Assembly: GCF_009914755.1 (NCBI RefSeq)
Contig: NC_060926.1
Source: the human T2T-CHM13v2.0 reference genome, Homo sapiens
Strand: one strand, 5' to 3'
Length of the DNA: 64,000 bases
Below the pieces are notes generated by a model, which was given only the letters and a program-made list of their open reading frames with translations, was not told the DNA's origin and searched no databases. How positions within the stretch are numbered: position 1 is the stretch's first letter; each line of letters opens with the position of its first letter. A program made the translations under genes and the position numbers. Shown here in pieces: positions 25,786 through 37,320 of this stretch.

Positions 25786-26206
25786 TCTATGGTATGTCTA
25801 TAATAATTTTTTTTGTGTTTTAAGGTTGGCAAAGGAAAAAGGAACTAGTGTTGATTCACCCCAAAGTGTCAATTATTTTGCTTTTGCTGAGGCAAAGGAC
25901 AATCGAAGCAACTCTTGAGACATTCTAAGGTTAAAAATATTCAGTTTTTTTTTTCTTTCAGAGTCACTTTAAGTGGCTTCAATATATTTTAGTTTTTCAA
26001 ACTGGATTAGTCCTGGAGGAGTAAGAAATTGATAGTGAGAAGAGGACGAGGAGGTAAATGTAGATGTGAATACATGCAGACTTGATTTAGATATATGCAT
26101 AATTTATAAAGTACCAGTTTGTAAATTACCAATTTTCCTATTCCATTGTCTAAGATTGTCAGAAGAAATGACAATAGCCCCAGAGAGTTTACAATACATA
26201 AAAGTA

Positions 26207-26480
26207 AGCTGGGTGCGGTAGTGAATGCCTTTAATCTTAGCACTTTTGGAGGCTGAGGTGGGCGGGTCCTTTGAGCTCAGGAGTTTGAGACTGGCCCGGG
26301 GAACACAGCGAAATCCTGTCTATACAAAAAAAACACAAATTAGTTGGGCATGGTGGTGCTTGCCTGTAGTCCCAGCTATTCAGGAGGCTGAGGTGGGAGG
26401 ATCGCTTGACCAGGGAGGTGAAGACTGCAGTGAGCTGTGTGTGACAGTCTGGGTAACAGAGCAAGACCCCGTCTTACACA
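26207..26480 (+). mobile_element. AluJ
   Basis: Diverged dimeric Alu with J-type 'ttgagctcaggagtttgag' and 'gagcaagacccc'. Confidence 0.92.
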
Positions 26481-28431
26481 TACACACAAAAGTATGTATC
26501 TGTTTGATAATAAATCTTACTACATAAAAGACATTCTGGAATCATATCATTCAAACTTTGCTAGTAAATTAGAACCAATGTTTACATTTTTCTCTGTATT
26601 AATTACTCCCTTTTATGCATATCCTAAACTAGGATTTTCACTTCAAATTGTTTTCCACCAATATCCCTACTTGTAATCTAAATATTTGATTTCTTGGTTG
26701 TGTTGAATTGATAGATGTTTATCTTTTCCCATTTATTGTACAGTTAACCTCTTTCTCGCTACTACCCAAAACCTTTGCAAGGTTGATTGAATATATATTT
26801 ACATAATATTGGAAAGGATTTATGTCTTGGTATAATTTAATATCAAAATACAACAGATAGGAAAAGTATCCTATATTCTTTATATAATATTACTAATGCT
26901 ATGCAGATAAATTGGGAATAATTTCAAAGTATCTTCTGACTGTACCTGTTAAATGATGTGTGATTAGCAAGTTTTAATCCTCAAAGTAATTTAAGAAACA
27001 AACCTACCTGCCAGACATCACTTTCACCTCCATTACACTTACTCAGGGAGAATTCTCACAACCCAAATAAAGTTTTGCTTTCCCAGAAGCTGCAGAGTAC
27101 AAACTGATGGGCTGTGATCTCACTAGATGATCCCAAGAGAATCTGTTATTCCTGCCTGATAGTATGAAAGCATAGACCTTATGAGTATCTCAAGTCATAG
27201 ATTTAAGCAAGACCTCTAGAATCTAGAACCTAAAAGAAGGAGCAGGTATCCATTTAAAATGTCCCAGACAAATGAGCCTTTTTACCTTATCTCAGTTACC
27301 TCCTGCCACCATTTTTTCAGTTAAGAATGTGTCTTTGTGCTTGTGTTATTCTTCTGATGTACAGTTGAACATTTGCACTGGATGAAAACAAGAATTGGTA
27401 GCCATTCTTCCTTTAATGCGTTTGTTCTTACATCAATCATCACTTTATAGTTAGACTTCGTTATGTTAAACCATTCATTTAAGGGGTGACTACCGCTGAC
27501 CCACTTGTAATTCATTCCACAGTCTTTTGAAATTTCACATTGTCTCTTTAGGTTCAGTTCCAGTCCATTTCATGGTCAGACTGTAATGTCTTAGTCTCCC
27601 ATGAGCTTCATTATAGGCCATCATTTAAAAAGTCCTCTTAAAGAGTTGTCAAATAGAGAGGAAAACAGCATGTTTTAGAGTTACTCAGCTTTTGCGTATA
27701 CTCTAGGCAGATGGTAACATTCCAGAAACAATCTGGACTTGTGTTCAAGTAGCCTTGGGCACTTACTATAGTTTCTATGGTTCCTATAATCAGGGGGTTT
27801 GAGTGACTTTAATTAATCACTCTTTCTGCCTTTGGGAATTTAACCAGTTGAAGCCTGACAAAGAACCAGGAAGTATTAAAACAGGCTCAGAATTCTTACA
27901 GTAAAGCTGGATTGATGATTACGAGAGGGTCTTGCTACCTTTATTTTGAGACAAGAACTTGACATCCTCCCCTCTCTGACCTGTCCACCGTATTGCAGGT
28001 AGATATGCAAGACCTAAAAGAGACCCTGCTTCTTTAGCCTACGTCATGGAAATTACAAGCATGAGTATTTGCTGTGTCTGGACACAGTTCTCTTCAAAGC
28101 ATGAGAGAGAATTGGGTCCATGCTGCCTGGATTATAATGCTGGGGTCCTACACTCATGGCAATGTGATTCATGGAATGGCAGATTCTCAACTGGCTTCTC
28201 ACTTCTTCTACCATGGGACAAGGCAGGAAAGGAGGATGGGAAGAAGTACACCTTACTGGGAAGTGGAGTGGAGATGCCTCCAAAGAAAAATGGATAAGAG
28301 AAATAATCCCCTGCTCCCAGGAAAATACCCTTATGTGCCAGACGTATGACACTCTGGACTTCGCAGTATTTCTATAGAGCTGTTAGAAGTTGTTCTAGTA
28401 CTGCCACCTTTCAGCTACAACTTTGGGTAAA

Positions 28432-28977
28432 TATATTCTGTTAGGGTTCTCCAGTGGGACAGAACTAATAGGATATATGTATATATGAAAGGGAGATTTT
28501 TAAGGAGAATTCACTCATATGATCATAAAGGGAAGTCCCACAATAGGCCATCTGCAACTTGAGGAGGTAGGAAGCCAGTAGTGGCTCAGCCTGAGTCCAA
28601 AAGTCTCAAAAGCAGGGAAGCTGACAGTGCAGGCTTCAGTCTGTGGCCAAAGGCCTGAGAACCCCTTGCAAACCACTAGTGTAAGTCCAAGAGTCCAAAG
28701 GCCAAAAAACCTGGAGTCTTATTTCCAAGGTCGGGGAAGTATTCAGCATGGGAAAAAGATGAAAGCCAGAAGACTCAGCAAGCCAGCTTATCCCATCTTC
28801 TCCTGCCTGCTTTGTTCTAGTCATGCTGACAGCCAATTGGATGGTGCCCACCCACATTGAGGGTGGGTCGTACTCTCCCAGTGCACTGACTCACAAACAC
28901 ACCAAGAAACAATACTTTACCAGCTATCTAAGCATCCTTCAATCCAATCAAGGTGATACCTGATATTAACCATCACA
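28432..28977 (+). mobile_element. MLT2B-like ERVL LTR inserted in a MIR
   Basis: 'agggttctccagtgggacagaactaataggata...attaaccatcaca'. Confidence 0.9.
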
Positions 28978-29054
28978 TATCTTAAGTATCTAAACCCCAG
29001 TTTCTTCACCTGGAAAAAGGCAATAATACTGGTAGGGTTGATGCGGATATTATT

Positions 29055-30500
29055 ATTTTATTAATTTAAATAGGTTTTCCGGGAACAGGTGGTGTTTGCT
29101 TACATGGATAAGTTCTTTAGTGGTGGTTTCTGAGATTTTGGTGCACCCATCACCTGAGCAGTGTACATTGTACCCAATGTGTAGTCTTTATCCCTCACCC
29201 CACTCCCACCCTTTTCCACAAGTCCCCAAAGTCCACTGTATCTTATGCTTTTGCATCCTCACAGATTAGCTCCCACTTAAGTGTAAGAACATACGATGTT
29301 TGGTTTTCTATTCCTGAGTTACATCTCCAATTCCATCCAGGTTGCTGCAAATGTCATTATTTCATTACTTTTTATGCATGAGTAGAATTCCATGCTCTCT
29401 CTCTCTCTCCATATATATATAGCTACATATATATAATTATATATACAATAGAAATATATATAACTCAAATGTTAATCTCTTTTGGCAACGCCCTCACAAA
29501 CACACCAAGAAACAATACTTTACCAGCTATCTAAGCATCCTTCAATCCAATCAAGTTGACACCTGATAGGAATGTGACATATATAGCTATATACATTTAT
29601 ATAATTATATATAGCTATATATGAAGATATATAAAGACATGTGACATATATAGCTATATATATATAATTTAATATATATCATATTTCTTTATCCACTTGT
29701 TGATTGATGGGCATTTGGGCTGGTTCCATAATTTGCAATTGCAAATTGTGCTGCTACAAATAAGTGTGTGCAAGTATCTTTTTTGTATAATGATTTTTCC
29801 TCCGGGTAGATACCCAGGAATGGGATTGCTGGATCAAACGGTAGACCTACTTTTAGTTCTGTAAGGAATCTCCACATTGTTTTCCACAGTGCTTGTACCA
29901 GTTTACATTCCCACTAATGGTGTAAAAGTGTTCCCTTTTTACCACATCCACACCAGCATTTATCACTTTTTGATTTTTTGATTACGGTCATTCTTGCAGG
30001 AGTAAGGTGGTATTGTATGATGGTTTTGATTTGCATTTCTCTGATCATTAGCGATGTTGAACATTTTTTCATATGTTTGTTGGCCATTTGTATATTTTCT
30101 TTTGAGAATCGTCTATGCATGTCCTTAGCCCACTTTTTAATGGGATTGTTTGGATTTTTTCTTGCTGATTTGTTCCTTGTAGATTCTGGATATTAGTCCT
30201 TTGTCACAAGCATAGATTGTGAAGATTTTCTTCCACACTGTGGGTTGTCTATTTACTCTGTGGACTGTTTCTTTTGCTGTACAGAAGCTTTTAAGTTTAC
30301 TTAAGTACCATCTATTTATCTTTGTTTTTGTTGCATTTGCATTTGGGTTCTTGGTAATGAAATCTTCACCTAAGCCAATGTCTAGAAGCGTTTTTCCAAT
30401 GTTATCTTCTAGAATTTTTATGGTTTCAGGTCTTAAATTTGATCCATCTTGAGTTGATTTTTGTATAAGGTTAGAGATGAGAACCCTGTTTCATTCTTCT
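29055..30500 (-). mobile_element. L1PB-type 3' portion with internal (TA)n tract
   Basis: L1PB 3'UTR 'gaacaggtggtgtttgcttacatggataagttctttagtgg'; ORF2 C-terminal fragments [13 protein letters not shown] and LPFDPAIP. Confidence 0.93.
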
Positions 30501-30987
30501 AAATCTGGCATTGCCTGACTTGTTTTTGTCTACTATTTGTATGCAATTCCAAAATAGATGTATTGAAATCTCAAGTATACTTGAGCACTAAGAAGAGCAT
30601 AATATGACCTCATTCATGCATATGTAAATTACCCTTAGATGTGTGTGACCTCTCTTATTCCCAAGTGTTATTGCCATGCCCCCTTATATCACCATCACGT
30701 TCTTATTTTCACCAAATCAGGGTTTCCATTGCAAACCTTCCTTTGTTTAAAACTGATACTTGAATGAGTACTTCTGTTGACTGGCCCTGTACATATTTGG
30801 CTAATTCCTTAGATCTAAGAACGGCTTCTCTTGCACGACTGTTTTTCCGGATGGCAAACAAGAAACACAGCAGCAGTCTCTTGACTGTGCCTGCTTTGAG
30901 TCCGTGCACAGCCTTATGCCAGCTGCCTAATTTCTGAGTCTTGCCCATGACGGATTAGTTTTCACTTCCAAGACCTTATCCCACCAT

Positions 30988-31006
30988 AGAACACTAGGTG
31001 GCACTA
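30988..31006 (+). promoter_or_regulatory. CTCF-binding motif (candidate)
   Basis: AGAACACTAGGTGGCACTA matches the CTCF core CCACTAGGTGGCGC. Confidence 0.55.
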
Positions 31007-31884
31007 AAATCACACTGAATGGTTCTCATAAGGGCCACTGATATTGTGGTGGTGTTTTTTAATCATATCGATTTCAAATTCTGACTTTTTTTTTTTCTGT
31101 GCCATTTTCTTAAGCCTCATATGTACACCACACTTCACAGTCATTTGTAATCAACTGCAAGTTTCATATTGCAAAAATAGAGAAGAAAGTTGAAACAGCA
31201 GAACTATCAAGCTTATTTGCCCACGCTGCTTAGGTGTAACTGAAGCCAGGAATCTGAGCTCCACAAAGTATAAATTAACTTCAGATGAAGTTTGGAATTT
31301 GTTTATTAGTCTCCCAATCTTCATGGCCAGAATGGTTTAGAAAGCTTCCAAAATATGATTTATTTCAGTAAAACTTAATTTGATCCTTTCGGAATTAGTC
31401 ATTTAAATTTCAGAAGAGTCAATTGGTGCAGGTTCATTGCTTATGTAGTACGATGTAAACATTCAGCATTACTCACACTTTTTGGAGGGAATCTGGTTTA
31501 GAAATATTTTTCCCTATATGAAATCATAAATATATTCTATCATTTAACAGTTCATTTTTTCATACTAGGCCTTTAATCTGCAATGCATTTTTTAAAATCT
31601 AGTGAGAAAAAAGAATTTGCTGAGGGAAAAAGTCTGTGGAAGGAGTTGAGGAGCACGGGGACATAGAATGTATTAAAGTGTCTATCCTGTCTCACAGGAA
31701 GATAGATATTAGTAAATGGAAAACAAAAGTTGGAGGGAGAGGCAGCAACCAGAACACATTTGAAAACAATGCATGAATTTAAAACCATCAAATGAAATTT
31801 GATCGCTGTAAAGTGCAGGGCAAGAAAGGAAAAAATGAAAAAAAATATTGTAAGTAAAAAATAAAAAGTAACTTGGCAAAATAT

Positions 31885-32247
31885 TTGTTTTAGCCAGATT
31901 GGGATGCCATAACAAAACACCATAGACTGGATGGCTTAAACAATGGGAATTTACTTCTCACAGTTCTGGCGGCTGGGAAGTCCAAAATCAAGGTGCCCAT
32001 CAATTCAATTCCCCAGTGAGAGCCCTCTTTCTCACTTGAAGATGCTACCTTCTCGTTGTGTTCTTTCAGGGCAGAGAGAGGAAGCAGGCTCTGGTGACCA
32101 AGGACACTGACTCCATCATGAGGGCTCCACTCTCCTGACCTCATCTAAACCTAATACTTCCAAAGGCCTCATCTCCAAATATAATCACACTGGAGGCTAG
32201 GACTTCAACACATGAATTCTGGGTGGGAGGCACAATATAGTCCATAG
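31885..32247 (-). mobile_element. MLT1A-like MaLR LTR
   Basis: 'gccataacaaaacaccatagactggatggcttaaacaa...ggacttcaacacatgaatt'. Confidence 0.88.
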
Positions 32248-32559
32248 TTACTTTGTAGATAGTACAAAGTAACTATATATTTTTTTCTATGGTAATGTAG
32301 TTTTTAAATGTTCTAAATGGATTCAGCTCACTAATTAAAAGACTGGAATTCTAAAATTATATACATATTTAAATATTTTAGCATATATATACATTCATAT
32401 ATAATTAAATATTTAATTCATATATAATTAAAATATATATCTATTTGTATATGATGCATATACATAGTATTTATGTAATATCCATTAGGTATATAAATAT
32501 ATATTAGACATTATATATAGTATGTGTTTTTCCTTTTTTTCTTGGCCAACATAGTCTAA

Positions 32560-34150
32560 TATTGTATATAGTACAGATTTTAGACAAGCAATGCTAACAG
32601 AATCAATGAAAAATTAAGAAATGCTATAAAACAGAAACCAATTTAGCAAATATGCACAGTTTTTATTAAGAAAAAGATTGTTATATTGAATTGATTAGAA
32701 GGATTTGAATAAATAACAAGGTATATCACATTCATGATGGGAATGTTATAACATAGTAAATGTTTAAAATATTGAGAATTTTCTCTCAATTAGCTTACGA
32801 AGTCAACATAATCTCAAAAAAATATGTTGGTTTTGTGATGTATATAACTGATCCAAATTTTTCATTCCAAACTTTATGTTGAATACTAAACCCTAATAGA
32901 TTGCTAGGTTCACTTTAAGAAGATAAATGACAACACTGTTCAGATATTAGGACATTTTGTAAAGCTATAGTTGTAAAACTAATACCATCTTTATACATAA
33001 AGAAACAAGTCGATAAATGAAGCAGAATAGAAACTTTAGAAATGGATGCATGCACTTATGAGAACTTGATATATTATGAAGATGACACTATAAATCAATG
33101 GTTAGAAGATATTAGGAAAATATACTCTATAAAGGAAAAACACAAACCTGGATCTTTCTTATACCCAATACAAAAGCCGATTCCACATTATAGAAAAAGC
33201 ATGTGAAATTAACACCATAAACAAAGAAAAGAAAATTATTAATAGAATAGCTTTGAGGACTATGGGCAAAAAAAGACTTCTTACACAAGACTACAGCATA
33301 AAGAAGCCGACTGTTAGGATGTGTCCAGATGTAAAGTTTTCTGTTCACTGAAGGATATCATTGATAAATGGGTAACCTGTTGGCTAAATTTAAAACGCAT
33401 GAGGGATTGTTATCCGAAATAGAGAAATAACTCCTGTTAATCAAGAAAAAGACAGAAACTTCAATGGGAAAAAAAGGACCAATGAAAGAGACAAACTACC
33501 ATAGATCAGATTTCTTCCCATAGCTAAACAGTATACAAAGAAACTTCATATTTATAATTATACAAATGCAAATCAAGGCAGTGAGTCATTACTCTTATCA
33601 GAAAGACTCTAATTTAAAAGGATAAACATAACAATTATTAGAAAATGTGCATAGTGTTAACTTTCACTCACTTGTAGTGAAAAGTAGTCTGGAAATATTT
33701 TATACATCATAGAGAAATTCCGAGAATCATATACAGGTAGATGATGATAAGGATTATGGTATTGCTTGTGGTGACAGTCATTTGGTGGCAATCTCATGAT
33801 TGGTGGCAATATAATGATGTTTAAATGTAGTGGATGTTTATTGTGGTTCACCATGAAATACTAGAATAAAACAACATGTGTTCAGCAACACTGAAAGATC
33901 CCTTATCGGGGTCTGGATAAGAAAAGTAGAAAACAGGATGATATTTTCACCACACAGGTAAATTGAAAATACATATATCCACAAAACATATTACATATTT
34001 TAAAAAGCTATATTCAAGGGCATGTATCAAGCAAATTATCTTTGAGATGAGGGGAATAAGAATAGTGTTCATGAAAGAAAGACAAAAATAAAAGGATGAT
34101 TGGCAGAGATTAATGACGGCAATGTGTTTTTTAGTTTTAAAATATGATTA
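32560..34150 (+). mobile_element. Old L1M/L1ME ORF2-3' remnant
   Basis: A-rich diverged L1 motifs, e.g. 'taaagctatagt...aacagaatagaaa'-like. Confidence 0.7.
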
Positions 34151-34624
34151 ACTCAGTGATTTGAAACTGAGCTCCAAAAGAAAAATAACTAAAAGGGAAA
34201 AAAAGAATGAAAGGAAGAAAAAAGCCACCTAATATCTATCTGCTGCTTAAAGTTCTGAACATTTTATTTAATATTTTAAAATGGACATATGGAGCATTTT
34301 AACCAATGGGTACACAGTAAGGAGAAGGAAATCTCCTCTAATGTTTCTAAATGTAAAATTCTTTGTCATTACTTATTCTTGCAACAATTATTTACTGTTG
34401 CAATTGTTTATTACTCCACCAAGACCCTTATATCACACTACAAGGTATGTATATAATGATTAATGCTTGTCTCTCCTGCTTATTGTTCTATGTGTGCTCT
34501 CCATCAGAAGATTCATTCTATTCATCCTAGAATATTCTCAGTCTTAACTCTTTGGGTAATTGTTTGTTTACTTCTTTCTCAATTTCATTTCTCATGTATT
34601 CCTACTAGAGATGAATTAGATCTA

Positions 34625-35075
34625 TCTAGTCTGGGCAACATGGTGAAACTCTGTCTCTACAAAAAAAAAAAAATTAGCAGGGTGCAGTGGTGCATGCCTG
34701 TATTCCCAACTACTTGGGAGGCTGAGGTGAAAGGATGACTTGAGCCTAGGTGGTTGAGATTGCAGTGATCTGCAAACCCGGGCTACAGATCAAGACCCTG
34801 TCTCAAAATAAATAAACAAAAGAAAGAGGGAAGAAAGAGAGAGAAGGAAAGAAACAAAGAGAGAGAGAGAAGGAAAGAAAGAGAGAGAGAGAAGGAAAGA
34901 AAGAGAGAAGGAAAGAAAGAGAGAAGAGAGAGAAGGAAAGAAAGAGAGAAGGAAAGAAAGAGAAGAGAGAGAAAGAAAGAAAAAAAGAAAGAAAGGGGAA
35001 GGGGGAAGGAAGGAAGGGAGGGAGGGAGGGAAAAAAGGAAGGAAGGATGGAGGGAAGGAAGGAAGACAAGGAAGG
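34625..35075 (+). repeat. Partial AluJ followed by ~260-bp GA-rich (GAAA/GAGA/GGAA) tract
   Basis: Alu linker and right arm to ~34820, then a near-pure purine microsatellite. Confidence 0.92.
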
Positions 35076-37129
35076 AAAAATGTTAGATTTCTCTAAATGT
35101 ATCATTGGGCTCTGATCGTCTTTGTGTTTTTGCTCTTAAGTTTACTATGTCTTACATGTTTGTTGTGCATTTATTATGATAAGCAAATATTTGAATTCAT
35201 TCTTTGGCTATGTCTCTTTTCAACCTAAACAATCTCTTTTTAAATTTTGTTGATTTTAATATTACATTTTTAATATCTAACATTTGAAACTAGTTCTGTT
35301 TAATGTCATCCTGCTCTGGTGTTTCCTAGTGTTCTCTTATGCCTTTGATAATCTGCAATATAGTCATTTTAGGTCACCTTAGATCTATCATTTTATATTG
35401 TATCTGAAGTGACAACTTCTTGAATTTTGATTTTGTTACCTATTGTTCTTAGCAATCATTTCCCATTTGTGTTGGAATTTGGGTTTGCAGGCACATCTAT
35501 AGTGGCATTTGTTCTCTGTCTCTCTCTCTCTTGTGCTCACGTTTCTCTTGACTGTAGTTTTGAGTGTCTCAATTTGGATATTATAGTTCCTTACATATAA
35601 CCAGATGTGATAGTGTCAGCGCTTTAATCTTCGGAGGATTATTGGGGATATCTCAGGTCACAGCATGGTTTAGTAAGCAGGTTCATACTAGTCTTCAGTG
35701 GGAAGATTTTTTAATTTTTTTCCCACATCTTTAGGTGTCCCTCTTTGTGGAAGTCATTTCCTTGGGAATAATTACAGCCTTTCTTTGCCCCCTTTATTTG
35801 GCGGGCCTGGATTCAGTGTCCACCCCTATGAACCATTTTTAGTCTCGGTTACTCCCTATCTACTCTGCCTGCCACTGGAGACAAAGTCTAATAAATCTAA
35901 AGTTTAGATCCTATTTTCTATTTTTACATCTAATTTCATTTCTGGTTCCCTAGATGTTTATCTTGTTTTGGGGTATTTCTATGTTTTTTTTTTTAATTTT
36001 TTCTTTCCAGATTGTCTGTATAATCAATATTTCTCTGACGTACAGAGCCTATCTCAAAGAGTTAACTGGTTTCCTTATCTTCTTTTTCATTAAAAACAAA
36101 AAAATAAGTAAGTGTAAGACGTAGGGAGATTCGTGTAAAGTCAGTTAAAATAAATTATTTTCTCCAATGAAGCCTTAGCATGTGTAAGTATATTCAAGTC
36201 CCCAAGTGATGTTTCAAAAATTACTTTCCTAAACTCATGCAAATTATTTTTAATCTGCTAGTTGCTAGTCAAGATTTTTAAAGTTTAAAATGACAAAATT
36301 ATAGCTTTTAGAAGACTTAAGCCACTTTTTTTCTTTTGATGACACACCAGCAAAGCATAATTGCAAATAATATTGCTTAATAGACAGACTTATTTTAGTA
36401 GCTTAGTCAAACTTATTTTAGTGGATCTATTTTGTAAAAATAAAACTTGACGAATAAATGTGCTCTAACTGAGTCATTAATTCAGACCATTCTCTTTATT
36501 GGAAAGTGTAATTTTACACCAACTGTTGGCAACATATAAAATTTTGAAATTGCATTAAAAATAACATAGTACTTATAATTTCACAGGAGTATTTTGGTCA
36601 CTGAGAGATAAATCTATGTTAATATTAATGAGATACACTTACTCAAATGTGCAGTAACTACTTGCAGTGTGTTTTGCAAAACTACTATAAAAATGATCGT
36701 CTCTGTGAATCATCCTTTACAGATATTTTTCATAAATATATTTATACATTAATTTGTATATGACATGTTTAAAGAACACTAAGTACATTTTTTCAAAAGA
36801 CATTGCCAATTTTATCTTCATATAAGCTAATGATGTTGAAATTAAAGATATTGAAAAGATATTTTACTCTCTACAAGGCACAATTGAAATAAATACTTGA
36901 ATTGCATTTGAGTGCTTTCAGTCCCGTTTTAGGTTTTAGAAATTAGTTATTTCCAATTTCATATATCTTTTAACTAGAAATCTGTTCATTCTATTAATTT
37001 AGCAAGTTTATAATTAGAAATATTCAGTCATCTTCAAGAGTTTTATTTTAAAATCTACCATTAACTGGAAGAACAGCCTAATCATAAACTATACATAGAA
37101 ACAAGCCTCACCAACTTCACATGAATTAA

Positions 37130-37320
37130 ATATGAAAAGAACATGGCCTCTAGAGTTGGAAAGATCTAAATTTGTATTCTGGCTTCACCACTTAAGGCCT
37201 CTATGACATTAAGGAAGTTATTTAAACCTCAGTTTCATCATCTATGAAATGCTGGAAATAGCACCTAACTCCCAGATTTCTTGGAGGATAACATGAGATA
37301 AGATAAAAACATTAGCCCAA
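37130..37320 (+). mobile_element. MIR
   Basis: 'aagttatttaaacctcagtttcatcatctatgaaat'. Confidence 0.8.

Larger units (their letters stand above)
25962..30810 (+). pseudogene. Candidate fossil unit 5: leader-like exon (25962-26020), V exon (~27280-27582), C1 exon (27999-28320), TM-like exon (30721-~30810)
   Basis: WLQYILVFQTGLVL between a strong acceptor and donor. TLSQLPP..KNVSLC../LHWMK../GDYR*PTCN. A phase-1 frame is open for ~100 codons from acceptor 27998: YARPK..SICCVWTQFSSK/ENWV..GNVI/NGRFSTGFSLLLP..DGKKYT/EVEWRCL. TM-like FLCLKLILE*VLLLTGPVHIW. Confidence 0.6.

Noticed and set aside
34803-35105. 100-aa Phe/Ser/Leu ORF
   Set aside because: Translation of a GA microsatellite.
36011-36107. 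Strong acceptor and GTAAGT donor around 97 nt
   Set aside because: No informative motif; cannot be assigned to any unit.
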